A stretch of DNA of 59,149 nt from a virus (lineage: Duplodnaviria; Caudoviricetes). Of the stretch, positions 48,109 through 57,259 are shown in pieces. Each line of letters starts with the position of its first letter. The first letter of the stretch is position 1. The notes under the pieces were generated by a model. It was not told where the DNA came from. It ran no database searches and worked only from the letters and a program-made list of their open reading frames with translations. The translations under genes were made by a program, and so were the position numbers. The stretch covers positions 1 through 59,149 of IMG/VR virus record IMGVR_UViG_3300024518_001350; one strand, written 5' to 3'.

Positions 48109-49011
48109 TTAGTTTTCAATTATTTGTTTGTATTGTGAACAGTATTCCTTAAAGTCACACCAAGATTCGCATCTTGTATTCTTTCCCATCCTTTCTTCTA
48201 TAACGTAAGCATCACCCTTTCCCTTTCCAAATGTTAGTGCTTCATCGGCAGTGTCAAAAACTCTTGTTGCCCTTTTTCTTTGTGACCCGTTCGCTATGAA
48301 ATTATATACAGCATATGTTTTATCTTTCGCCCATCTCTCCTCCTTTGTACAATCAGGCAGCAATGATTCATCATCTATACCCTCAACCATTGAGTGCTTG
48401 AGAACCCTTGATCGTATGAAGTCCATCCTTTCTTGAGCATCCCACAGGATCATCTCTACTAGAACAACAGGTGCTTCAGGGTAACCCTCTTTTCTACCAG
48501 CCTGTACCTTTGACCAGTCCCTTATAATAGCCCAGACACCTACTCCATTCACCTTCCTGCCTGTCGATTCTTCAACTAAAGTTGCATAGATATTGAGTTG
48601 CTCTTCCCATTCTCTCTTGCCATCAGGATTATATGTTAGAGTACTGGCACTGGTTGTTTTGTAATCATGTACTAGGTATCCCTCTCCATTTTTAATTTGA
48701 AGATCTATCTGCCCAGACAAAACAAAACCGTCTACATTCATGTACAGACGTTCCTCTGCAATATCATCTCCATCTCTATTTTGTTCAAGGATATGATGTA
48801 TCGCAGTACCTAGTAGCGGGAAGATAGAGTCATAGTAATCTTTCTCTATCTTGTCTTTGTATATATGTTTCATCCTTGAGATACGTGGGCTATCAATTAT
48901 TTCTGTAGCAGAGAAGTCGGCTTCGCCTTTAGTGTAGCCATCATTCTCTATCGCCTTAAGAAAAGGCTTGGGTAGATTATATTTGTTACTGCTCATTAAC
49001 CCTTGCTCCAA
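48109..49011 (-). CDS. PD-(D/E)xK exonuclease (Cas4/RecB-like)
   Basis: GTAIH, EERL, GQID, DYKT, QLNIY and C-terminal Cys residues. Confidence 0.85.
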   Translation of the reverse strand: MEQGLMSSNKYNLPKPFLKAIENDGYTKGEADFSATEIIDSPRISRMKHIYKDKIEKDYYDSIFPLLGTAIHHILEQNRDGDDIAEERLYMNVDGFVLSGQIDLQIKNGEGYLVHDYKTTSASTLTYNPDGKREWEEQLNIYATLVEESTGRKVNGVGVWAIIRDWSKVQAGRKEGYPEAPVVLVEMILWDAQERMDFIRSRVLKHSMVEGIDDESLLPDCTKEERWAKDKTYAVYNFIANGSQRKRATRVFDTADEALTFGKGKGDAYVIEERMGKNTRCESWCDFKEYCSQYKQIIEN

Positions 49012-49273
49012 GTATGTTTATAAGAAGGTTACTATCGTTAGTCTTTTCTCTGTACGATACCCTTCTCTTCTCAGATATCAGTTCCCTATTATCTTCGTAA
49101 TATTTTCTACTGTATGCTTGACATTTCTCCTTGTTGTTATGGTAGTAAGACTTAACCTTACCAAGGTGACACTCCCTACATTCTGATCTGTATCCTGACT
49201 TAGCATTCTTGTTCTTATAGAAAAGCTTTTCATCTTTCATCTCCTTACAAAGTGAGCATGTTCTAGCTTGCAT
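48986..49273 (-). CDS. Zn-binding protein resembling an HNH endonuclease N-terminus, without the nuclease domain
   Basis: CSLC...SECREC followed by basic helices. Confidence 0.6.
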   Translation of the reverse strand: MQARTCSLCKEMKDEKLFYKNKNAKSGYRSECRECHLGKVKSYYHNNKEKCQAYSRKYYEDNRELISEKRRVSYREKTNDSNLLINILGARVNEQ

Positions 49274-49336
49274 GTCTACCTCCCTGTGCTATTGTTTTTG
49301 GATTGACGAGTGTACAATCTTCTCGCGGTAAGTCAA
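49268..49336. promoter_or_regulatory. overlapping opposed sigma70-like promoters
   Basis: + strand TTGCAT-N16-TATTGT (with TGTGC); - strand TTGACT-N16-TACACT. Confidence 0.55.
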
Positions 49337-49344
49337 GGAGAATT

Positions 49345-49755
49345 GTGGAAAAAATAAAAGAAAAATGTCCGATCATCTGGCAGGGTACTATTATCGGTGA
49401 GCCAGCAAGTAAGTCCAACTCTCGTAGGATAATAAGCAGAGGGAAAAATAGCAGAATAATAAAATCAAAAAAGGCTTTAGACTATTCTTCTTCAATGGAG
49501 CAACAACTTTCTATACTATGTAAAGATGTTGATATGTTAGAAGGTTTGTTGTCAATATACTTTGATGTTTGGTACGCCTCTAGAAGGCCAGACCTAGACG
49601 TTGAATTGCTAAAGGATGTGATGCAAGGATGGGTATACAAGAACGACCGACAAGTAAGAGAGCAGCACGCAAGATGGCATCTAGATACGGAAGCCCCAAG
49701 ATGTTTGATAAGAGTGCTAATGTACGAAGAAGGAGAGATGACCCTGAAGATATAG
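49345..49755 (+). CDS. rusA: RusA Holliday junction resolvase
   Basis: GEPASKSN, RPDLD, NDRQV; GTG start after AAGGAG. Confidence 0.85.
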   Translation: MEKIKEKCPIIWQGTIIGEPASKSNSRRIISRGKNSRIIKSKKALDYSSSMEQQLSILCKDVDMLEGLLSIYFDVWYASRRPDLDVELLKDVMQGWVYKNDRQVREQHARWHLDTEAPRCLIRVLMYEEGEMTLKI

Positions 49756-50078
49756 AATCAATATTATCCAAGGAGGCATTCGATGACTGTGATGTTAATA
49801 ATATTTGTGATCTCTTTACTGTTGATGATTCGATACGCATCAGCAGATTAGTAATATGTAATGCAATAAATGATCTGGCAGTAGACCCTGAGGATAATTT
49901 ATTAAAAACGTGGACATCATCACCTCCATTTGAATACCATTGCATTGCTGCATTATGGGATAGCGGTTGGGTCAAAAGAATATTTGATTCATTGATGCTG
50001 ATACCAGAAGAGGATTTATATAAAGCCTGCCAGTACACTGTCAATAGGCTCATGAAGAGTTCTTATGATTACTACTAG
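49629..50078 (+). CDS. hypothetical protein
   Basis: ORF overlapping the rusA end; start uncertain. Confidence 0.55.
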   Translation: MGIQERPTSKRAARKMASRYGSPKMFDKSANVRRRRDDPEDIESILSKEAFDDCDVNNICDLFTVDDSIRISRLVICNAINDLAVDPEDNLLKTWTSSPPFEYHCIAALWDSGWVKRIFDSLMLIPEEDLYKACQYTVNRLMKSSYDYY

Positions 50079-50499
50079 TGCTTGCTATTATAGATTTATC
50101 CCATGAATCCTTATCAATTGTAAAGCCTATAGGGTTAAAGGCCCTACCAAGATTAAACTCTGGAGTCCTATAAGATTTTGGATAAGCCTGTATAGTTTCA
50201 AATTCTAGCAGATAACCAGTGTTAGTATAATATATATTCTCAATGTGTTCTCTCTCCATATTAACATGCTCATTATATATCTCCCTATTAGCACTGTCAG
50301 CTATAATCCCACAGCTACATTGAAAGACTAACTCTCTAGTCTTAACATCTCTAGGTGTAAGACCTCTGCTGATGTATTCTTCTTCAAGTTTCCTAGTGTA
50401 TCCACTAAGGTATACCATATCCCTTGGATGGTCACCACAGAACTCGCATCCTACATCAAGCAACAGAAACCTCCTCTTTTCTAGTGCAGTATACATCAT
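50050..50499 (-). CDS. hypothetical Zn-binding protein
   Basis: CEFC...CSCG. Confidence 0.55.
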   Translation of the reverse strand: MMYTALEKRRFLLLDVGCEFCGDHPRDMVYLSGYTRKLEEEYISRGLTPRDVKTRELVFQCSCGIIADSANREIYNEHVNMEREHIENIYYTNTGYLLEFETIQAYPKSYRTPEFNLGRAFNPIGFTIDKDSWDKSIIASTSSNHKNSS

Positions 50500-50501
50500 A
50501 A

Positions 50502-50577
50502 TGGTAGGGGTGGAGGGAGTCGAACCCTCACTGTAAGGATTTTAAGTCCTCTTTCTCTGCCATTGGAATACACCCCC
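50502..50577 (-). tRNA. tRNA-Leu(UAA) with short variable loop
   Basis: 76-nt cloverleaf, anticodon loop CTTAAAA, TTCGA T-loop, ACCA end. Confidence 0.9.
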
Positions 50578-50584
50578 ATAGCTT

Positions 50585-50707
50585 CTAATAAATATGTTGA
50601 AGACAGTACATCTTGGAGAAACCCATATCCATACATAGATCCCATTGATAGTACTGATAACCCACTGCAACACTTACCATAAAGACAACTATCATTATCT
50701 TAACCAT
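50585..50707 (-). CDS. 40-aa membrane peptide (MVKIMIVVFMVSVAVG...) between tRNAs, absent from the ORF track
   Basis: AGGAG 8 nt upstream; hydrophobic N-terminus. Confidence 0.5.
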   Translation of the reverse strand: MVKIMIVVFMVSVAVGYQYYQWDLCMDMGFSKMYCLQHIY

Positions 50708-50728
50708 TGATTCATCTCCTATTGTTAA

Positions 50729-50804
50729 TGGTACTCTGGGTAGGGGTCGAACCTACAACCTGTTGGTTAGAAGCCAACTGCTCTATCCATTGAGCTACCA
50801 GAGC
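50729..50804 (-). tRNA. tRNA-Arg(UCU)
   Basis: 76-nt cloverleaf, anticodon loop CTTCTAA, CCA end. Confidence 0.93.
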
Positions 50805-51209
50805 TTATTCACAAGGCTCACATTCCTCATTAAGAAATCTATGTACTAACTCTGATACATTTCCTATCTGTAGTACTGCATCAAAGAGTACTGGTATCCT
50901 ATTTCTAACAGCAAATTCATATTCCTTCATAGCACCTGAACCATTCTCATAGCCAGGACACATGAATATAAAGTCACACTTCTTTATAACAGCAAAGTCA
51001 TTAGACAAAGCATCATCATAGCTAAGAGATCCATTATCATATGCCCACATATCATTCTCTATAGGGTTGATAGTCGCACATCCTAATGCCATAAATCTAA
51101 GAGAATATTCTTGCATCTTTAATCTATTAAGTTCTCTAGTGGTTGCTTCTAATCGGTTACCATCAGAGTAACATCCAGCTATGTACACTACAGGTTTATG
51201 TCTTCTCAT
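50805..51209 (-). CDS. DUF4406/nucleoside deoxyribosyltransferase-like protein
   Basis: VYIAG, INP, CD.I.M.PGYE..SGA..EYEFA. Confidence 0.8.
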   Translation of the reverse strand: MRRHKPVVYIAGCYSDGNRLEATTRELNRLKMQEYSLRFMALGCATINPIENDMWAYDNGSLSYDDALSNDFAVIKKCDFIFMCPGYENGSGAMKEYEFAVRNRIPVLFDAVLQIGNVSELVHRFLNEECEPCE

Positions 51210-51352
51210 TGCCTCTCAACTCCCATGAAGTCAAGGAAGTCTTCTCTAGTTTCATCCTCACCTACATAATGATACATATCAGTGGCGAAGGTAGGAGTTA
51301 AAAAGTTAAAATTATCTTCCATTAGACTATTGAAATCTTCTTTACTTATCAT
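51206..51352 (-). CDS. 48-aa acidic hypothetical protein (MISKEDFNSL...), absent from the ORF track
   Basis: AAGGAG RBS; ATGA coupling to the next gene. Confidence 0.6.
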   Translation of the reverse strand: MISKEDFNSLMEDNFNFLTPTFATDMYHYVGEDETREDFLDFMGVERQ

Positions 51353-51362
51353 CTTGTCTTCT

Positions 51363-51400
51363 CCTTGTTACTCTTCCTTGTTGACTCTTCCTTGTTACTA
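51363..51400 (-). repeat. three ACAAGGA repeats in an mRNA leader
   Basis: Minus strand GTAACAAGGAAGAGTCAACAAGGAAGAGTAACAAGGAG. Confidence 0.8.
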
Positions 51401-51447
51401 TTACTAGCAATCTCTTTGGGAGATTGCTGTACTGTTCTCTGGTACTA

Positions 51448-51476
51448 ACATTACATACCGACGTAGTCGGTATCAA
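51448..51476 (-). promoter_or_regulatory. sigma70-like promoter containing a perfect palindromic operator
   Basis: TTGATA-N17-TAATGT; ATACCGAC-gta-GTCGGTAT at 51455-51473. Confidence 0.65.
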
Positions 51477-51656
51477 AGAACTAGGGGATTTCCATATGGG
51501 AAACCCAAGTTCCTTTTTTGTTCTATTTTTTGTTCGGTGTTGCGCTGGCTTGCTTGCTGGGGTAGGCTCGCTGACGCTGGTTCCCGGCGGGGAATCGGCA
51601 GGGTACCACGCCCGGAGGGTTGGGGCAACCGGAAATTTGGGGAGGGAAAACGGCTA

Positions 51657-51685
51657 TTGATATACCATAAATGCTGTGCTAAGCT
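51657..51685 (+). promoter_or_regulatory. sigma70-like promoter for the primase-helicase
   Basis: TTGATA-N17-TAAGCT with TGTGC extension. Confidence 0.65.
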
Positions 51686-51718
51686 AGAAGTTTTACATTC
51701 ACATTTAGGGGAAGTTTC

Positions 51719-53512
51719 ATGATGGAGGATGGAAGTCTTTCAATCATAAGAGATTCTATTGTTCAATATGGAACTAGTAGATCTAACTGGAGGGACACTT
51801 GTCCTTATTGTTCCCATGAGAGGAAGAAGAGTAAAGAAAAAACATTATCAATAACTATCAAGGATAACATTGGGTTATTTTTTTGCCACCATTGTGAAGA
51901 GTCAGGAAGTATAGATTATATGTCAACATCAGGGATGCCAACAGTGCCATTAGAAACCCAATCAACTATACCAGATAGTATCAGTTACAGCATGAAGGTT
52001 GGTAAGAAACAGAGAGATTATTTAGACTCAAGGAAAATTAATGGAACCTCTGAAGGTAAACATATAGTTTCAGGTAAGAAATATTTCTTCGACAAAAATG
52101 GTGGTGGCTCCAGCCAAGAAGCTATTGGATTTAGATACGTTAACCTTGATGGTAGTGAGGCTGTCAAGTGGAGATGTTTAGACTTCAAAGGATTCACTCA
52201 AGATGGTGCAGCTAGATCTCTATGGGGGATAGAGAATTTTAAGTCTGGGAATATAATTATTACAGAAGGAGAGATTGATTGTCTATCCTTCAGGGAAGCA
52301 GGGTTCACTGAAGATAATGGATGGACTGTAGTATCAGTACCTAATGGGGCACCCAGTTCAGTATCAACCAATGATAACTCAAGAAAGTATTCATACCTAT
52401 GGGATGCTAAGGATGCACTAGCTAAAGCAGAAAAGATAATCATAGCGTCAGACAACGATAAGCCGGGTGACTCATTAGCTGAAGAGATAACCCGAAGGAT
52501 AGGTAGACATAAGTGTTGGAGATTAAAGTATCCAGAGGGTACTAAGGACGCCAACGAAGTACTAGTAAAGTATGGTAAAGATGTTGTTAAGGATATGCTG
52601 GACAGTGCTATACCCTGGCCGATACAGGGATTAAGATCAGTACTAGAGTACGAAGGACACGTACTTAAGTACCACAATGAAGGCCCAGTAATTGGTACAG
52701 GTACAGGAGTTAAGCCAGTAGATGAATTGTTTAACGCATGTCCCGGCTCATTCGTTGTTGTTACAGGTATACCGGGATCAGGTAAATCTACATGGTTAAG
52801 CTGGCTGCTCATTAAGCTTGGCTCAAGAGATGACCAGAAGTTTGCTGTATGGTCTGCCGAGATGCCACCTACCATGCTAGTATCAAATCTATGTGCCACG
52901 TACAAAGAGAAAGCCTTTAGAGGATCCAATGGTATGAGTCCTGAAGAGGTTAAAGAATCTATTGGATGGATAGACGATCACATTGTTATCATTGAGACTA
53001 ATGACACTGACATAGATACTATATGTGAGGGAGCAATAGCATCTATACTGAGGAAGGGTATCACTGGCTTAGTGGTTGACCCATATAACATGATCACTCG
53101 TAGTGGTGGACACAGTGAAGAGGCTAGCTTAACTAACATAAGATACATCCTAAAGAAATTAAAGTCATTGGCCCTTGAGTATAGTATCACAGTATATCTT
53201 ATAGCTCATCCAAGGAAAATGATACAAGAGGTTGGTAGAGCATGCGTTCCAACCGGTTATGATGTTAGTGGCAGTGCAGACTTTTATAATATTGCAGACA
53301 TTGGGATAACAATATCAAGAGTTGAAGATGGTCAATCTCTTATGACTAATTGGAAGAGTAGATTTCCGCACTTCGGGAAGACAGGTAGTAACATAATAGA
53401 TTTTGATCTGGCAACAGGATCATATAGTGACCCACTATCAGGGCATCAAGGTAGCTTAGGTTCTGGAAGTAGTTGGAGTGATGTTGAAGATAAGGTTGAT
53501 GAATATTTTTAG
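51719..53512 (+). CDS. primase-helicase (T7 gp4/Twinkle-like)
   Basis: CPYC/CHHC Zn finger, TOPRIM EGEID and DND, Walker A GIPGSGKS. Confidence 0.93.
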   Translation: MMEDGSLSIIRDSIVQYGTSRSNWRDTCPYCSHERKKSKEKTLSITIKDNIGLFFCHHCEESGSIDYMSTSGMPTVPLETQSTIPDSISYSMKVGKKQRDYLDSRKINGTSEGKHIVSGKKYFFDKNGGGSSQEAIGFRYVNLDGSEAVKWRCLDFKGFTQDGAARSLWGIENFKSGNIIITEGEIDCLSFREAGFTEDNGWTVVSVPNGAPSSVSTNDNSRKYSYLWDAKDALAKAEKIIIASDNDKPGDSLAEEITRRIGRHKCWRLKYPEGTKDANEVLVKYGKDVVKDMLDSAIPWPIQGLRSVLEYEGHVLKYHNEGPVIGTGTGVKPVDELFNACPGSFVVVTGIPGSGKSTWLSWLLIKLGSRDDQKFAVWSAEMPPTMLVSNLCATYKEKAFRGSNGMSPEEVKESIGWIDDHIVIIETNDTDIDTICEGAIASILRKGITGLVVDPYNMITRSGGHSEEASLTNIRYILKKLKSLALEYSITVYLIAHPRKMIQEVGRACVPTGYDVSGSADFYNIADIGITISRVEDGQSLMTNWKSRFPHFGKTGSNIIDFDLATGSYSDPLSGHQGSLGSGSSWSDVEDKVDEYF

Positions 53513-53685
53513 AGCTGCCATTTCTTATCACTCACTAGGTCTATAATAACTTTCTTAGGAACACTGAATTCCTTAGCCAACCTTTCTATACCTATACCTC
53601 CATCTCTATATCTCTTTAATATATATATGATCTCTTGTTTAGTTAGTGGTGGAATCACTAATGATTTCGGTAGGTTATCAGGCAT
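53509..53685 (-). CDS. 58-aa HTH protein (MPDNLPKS...LAKEFSVPKKVIIDLVSDKKWQL), absent from the ORF track
   Basis: Same LT..E...I..RY..GG.....LAK.F.V....I......W pattern as the 58224-58592 C-terminus. Confidence 0.6.
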   Translation of the reverse strand: MPDNLPKSLVIPPLTKQEIIYILKRYRDGGIGIERLAKEFSVPKKVIIDLVSDKKWQL

Positions 53686-53742
53686 GAATAGATAATTATT
53701 CCTATTGCTTTATAATAAAAAATGTAGAACAAAATATTAAAT

Positions 53743-53786
53743 ATAAAAGGGGGACCACCCAGTGTACAGGTGGCCCCCCTTTTATT
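53743..53786. terminator. bidirectional intrinsic terminator
   Basis: AAAAGGGGGACCACC-loop-GGTGGCCCCCTTTT. Confidence 0.75.
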
Positions 53787-53788
53787 AT

Positions 53789-55129
53789 TTACGGCTCTAT
53801 TTCAACGACCCTACCAAACGGTGGGACATTGGTATATGTAGGATAAGCCACGGCGGGGTAGGAAGAGGCCCACATAACAGGATACTTAGGCTTGTCACCA
53901 TAATCTTTACTACCTAGATCGGTAAAGATTATCACCATGTCAGGTGACTTCTTCTTCTTGTTAAAATATTCAAACACTGGCCTAAACCTAGTACCACCCC
54001 ACCCACTAAACTTCTTAGGCATCTTCTCACCCTTAAGAACATTAACAATATTCTTTTTGTTTACTGTCGTGGTGAAGGGAACTATCTCTATGTTCTTAAT
54101 ATTATTTCCCTTCCTTATATCCTCCATCGCTGCAATCAGTAGATTCAAACTGTCAACATCCATGCTGGAACTAACATCCAAACCTATACCCAAATTAATT
54201 TCTTGTTTCTTTTTTGGTGAAGGATAGTATATATTATTCCTTAGTCTCTGCCTACAAAATTTCAATGGATTAGTACCGTCGCGCTTACCCTTCTTACCTA
54301 CAAACCTTGAGATATCTACCTTCCAATTTATCTTAGGTGTAGTGATCTTAGTTATATGTCTATCAGCTTCACCTGCACCCTCATATCCGCAAGCTACTGA
54401 CACTGCTCTAGTGTTATTAAGAAACTCTTTGTGAGCCTCCATCTTTTCCTTCATCTCTTCAGGCTTTAGAGCCTCACCTTTAGGCCCTGAGGCTTCAATG
54501 AATTGCCCCTGTTGAGCATTCTCCCAGTCTTTAGGGTCTTGCTCATTCGGTGGAGAATCTCCCGGTGTAGGCTTATCGCTCTTACCTTGTCCCCCATCTC
54601 CATCTCCATCTTCAGGAGGTTTTTCTTTATCCTTATTGAGTATATCATATACTGCTTCAAAGCTCATCCTTGAAAGCTTCTCATCCCATAGCCATCCCCA
54701 TTCCACTATCTGGGGATACCTATCAAGCATGATACCATTAACAGAATAATCTGCTGCTACGTTTGCAAGCTTATGCTTTCTTTTTCCTACTCTGAATGGG
54801 TGAAGCAATCCAACGTGCCAAGTTTCATGTTCAACTGTAGCCTGTGTCTCAATGAATATAGATTCCTTCAGATGTTGAGGAGCAAAGACTATAACTTCAC
54901 CATCAGTAGCAGCAGTTTTAATCTCCTTCCCTTTGTATACATCAGAAATGATATAGTCCATTGCCATTGATACGGTACCAGCGAATGGTTCCTGTTGTAT
55001 GATATTAGATCTAGCCTTTCTTATCACATCAAAGTATTCTCTATAAAGATATATCTCATTCAAAGGAAAGTCCTTTGAATAGACACACTCAAGTGTCTTA
55101 CTGCTCATTCTAGCAGAAATATCTAGCAT
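53789..55129 (-). CDS. DUF2201-type metallopeptidase plus VWA domain protein
   Basis: TAATDG, HETWH, NVAADY; MIDAS-like DVSSSM, GGT and FTD. Confidence 0.85.
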   Translation of the reverse strand: MLDISARMSSKTLECVYSKDFPLNEIYLYREYFDVIRKARSNIIQQEPFAGTVSMAMDYIISDVYKGKEIKTAATDGEVIVFAPQHLKESIFIETQATVEHETWHVGLLHPFRVGKRKHKLANVAADYSVNGIMLDRYPQIVEWGWLWDEKLSRMSFEAVYDILNKDKEKPPEDGDGDGGQGKSDKPTPGDSPPNEQDPKDWENAQQGQFIEASGPKGEALKPEEMKEKMEAHKEFLNNTRAVSVACGYEGAGEADRHITKITTPKINWKVDISRFVGKKGKRDGTNPLKFCRQRLRNNIYYPSPKKKQEINLGIGLDVSSSMDVDSLNLLIAAMEDIRKGNNIKNIEIVPFTTTVNKKNIVNVLKGEKMPKKFSGWGGTRFRPVFEYFNKKKKSPDMVIIFTDLGSKDYGDKPKYPVMWASSYPAVAYPTYTNVPPFGRVVEIEP

Positions 55130-55141
55130 TTATATTTTCTC

Positions 55142-56023
55142 CTATGATCTCATCATGCCTGACAAACCTGAAAGTATATGCTTAGCATCTGTTGCTATAA
55201 GCTCTCGCTTATCTTCATCCTCTCGCAATTCTGAGGGATGATACCTAGTGAGTCGAGTCACCATCTCATATCTCATAGCCTCAATCTTAGGGTTATTATT
55301 TATATTCATGTAACCAATAACCTTTGAAAGATCTTCGACGTTACTGATAAGGCTATCCCTGAACATGTTCCTTACTTTACCATCCTCCTCAATGGTATAT
55401 GACTCAAGCCTCTCAGCCACCCTACCTACAACGGTAGCAACCTTCTCATTTATTTCATCTACAATTATATCAAGATTTCTTTGAAGCTTCTGCTCCATCC
55501 TCTCTTTGAACCTACGCTCTACCTCTAGGGATCCAAAGGTTACAGAGGCACTTGGGTCTGGCGCTGTAGCTGCACCCACTATCATATAGAAATTAGACTT
55601 AAGCTCATCCCTATCAGGGTAATCCCCTCTATCATATAGAGTTCCAAGGTTAGCCTCAGCATACTTGAGTACCTCCTCATAATCACGTACAAAAGTCACC
55701 ACCTTACTACCTATGGCGGCCTCAGCCTCCATGACTAGAGGCTCTATCTCATTGAGCCACATCTCTTTGGTAGCAATGCGTTCACCTGAACCCTTACCCC
55801 AAGGGGAAGACTTATCATATATCAAACCCCTATACTTACTGATGGTTGCCACTGCATCCTTATATGATGGATGTCTTGCCCACTTCTCTTTAGTGACATT
55901 GATACACTTGATTTCAGCATTAGTTCTATCTGCAAGATCCATCTTCTCTTGCTTAATGCTCATGTTATTGCCGGGTACTTTAGATTCAACTGTAAAGACT
56001 ACATAACTATCTGGATTAAACAT
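55142..56023 (-). CDS. DUF3150-like protein
   Basis: PW...G.R, LG.LYD..DYP and FRDSL motifs; lies between the AAA and VWA genes. Confidence 0.65.
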   Translation of the reverse strand: MFNPDSYVVFTVESKVPGNNMSIKQEKMDLADRTNAEIKCINVTKEKWARHPSYKDAVATISKYRGLIYDKSSPWGKGSGERIATKEMWLNEIEPLVMEAEAAIGSKVVTFVRDYEEVLKYAEANLGTLYDRGDYPDRDELKSNFYMIVGAATAPDPSASVTFGSLEVERRFKERMEQKLQRNLDIIVDEINEKVATVVGRVAERLESYTIEEDGKVRNMFRDSLISNVEDLSKVIGYMNINNNPKIEAMRYEMVTRLTRYHPSELREDEDKRELIATDAKHILSGLSGMMRS

Positions 56024-56043
56024 TCGTTCTCCTATTATTTTGT

Positions 56044-57177
56044 TTAGTATTTGTTGGGTGTTCCGGTGTATTCAGTGATAAGCTCTGTGAAACTTGCACT
56101 GTCACGCACTTGATCAGATACCTTAGCTATAGCGTGTACTGCCATACCAATAAACTCTGAAGGCATCCTCTTAAGATACTTACATATATTCACTACCTCA
56201 TAATCTTCTACCGTTTTCCCTTCCCTGTAAAGATAACGAAGCTCTGAAGTTATATTAGCAATGACTCCAAACTGCTCACCCATACCATCGGGAAGCTTAG
56301 CACCATCAGGTGCAGAGGTTATAGATGCAAAGCTTGGTAGCTTATCAGCCAAACTGACAAAGGCTTTATACTTCTCATACTCAGCCGTACCTACTGAACC
56401 ACTACCCATATTATCAGCAACTTTGTTGTTCTTAATTAGTCTCATGTAACTGGTTGAAGGTTCTTCCATCATCAGTATCTTATGTCCAGCATTAAGCTTA
56501 TCCCACCCACGGCATGTAGGCTGAGCATCATCCATACTGCTAGCATCAAACTTGTATAGAGATTCTTTCTGCCATTCGATATAGCTAACGATGTATGGGT
56601 TGATCTCGTTAGGTATAGCGAAGTTGTTTATCCATTCCTTACTATCAGGATAGTGATTGATAGTAAGTAGTCTACCCTCAAGCATTGCCCTACTAAGATC
56701 TATAGAATTACAACCATCCTCTGATCCATTGCCTGCTGCCACGAACATGATGTTATCACCAATCTTACACCCCTCTATCACCCTGGATTGAAAGGCACTC
56801 TGTACAGCAGCATGTACATCTGGTTCAGCATTAGTTATTTCATCAAACAATAGAAGCTTAGGTTTCTTTGAATCACCTCCTGTGATTCTCTTTAGAGGGT
56901 AATGTTCCAGCATCTTAGTACCATGATTAGGAACAAACAATCCTTGAAGTTCTACAGCAGAGTATCTTGACAATATAATCTCATCATAATCCCAATCAAA
57001 CATCATAGCAATCTGTTTAATCATATCTGTTTTACCAGTAGCCGGTGGACCCTTAACGAATGGAACTATAGGTGCCATGCCATACAGTTGAGTCTTAAGG
57101 CACGCTAGTACTGTCTGTTGAGTAGTGTTAAAATCGTTGATGCTCTTACCTTCAGGAAATACTATTTTATTATTCAT
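56044..57177 (-). CDS. MoxR-like AAA+ ATPase
   Basis: GPPATGKT, LLFDE, AAGN, PTCRGW; start set at MNNK (RBS GAGG). Confidence 0.88.
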   Translation of the reverse strand: MNNKIVFPEGKSINDFNTTQQTVLACLKTQLYGMAPIVPFVKGPPATGKTDMIKQIAMMFDWDYDEIILSRYSAVELQGLFVPNHGTKMLEHYPLKRITGGDSKKPKLLLFDEITNAEPDVHAAVQSAFQSRVIEGCKIGDNIMFVAAGNGSEDGCNSIDLSRAMLEGRLLTINHYPDSKEWINNFAIPNEINPYIVSYIEWQKESLYKFDASSMDDAQPTCRGWDKLNAGHKILMMEEPSTSYMRLIKNNKVADNMGSGSVGTAEYEKYKAFVSLADKLPSFASITSAPDGAKLPDGMGEQFGVIANITSELRYLYREGKTVEDYEVVNICKYLKRMPSEFIGMAVHAIAKVSDQVRDSASFTELITEYTGTPNKY

Positions 57178-57259
57178 TTGTTCCTCTTGTTTTATTAGTT
57201 TTAATATAAGAACAATCAAGGGGGGAGAATATCTCTACCCTCCCCCCTTATCTTACTGC

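Noticed and set aside
48109-49011. Cas4 as part of a CRISPR system
   Set aside because: Lies beside sak and ssb, an ordinary recombination module
2278-53512. Inteins or introns in terL, portal or helicase
   Set aside because: Lengths are normal and no C...HN splice motifs or interrupted frames were seen
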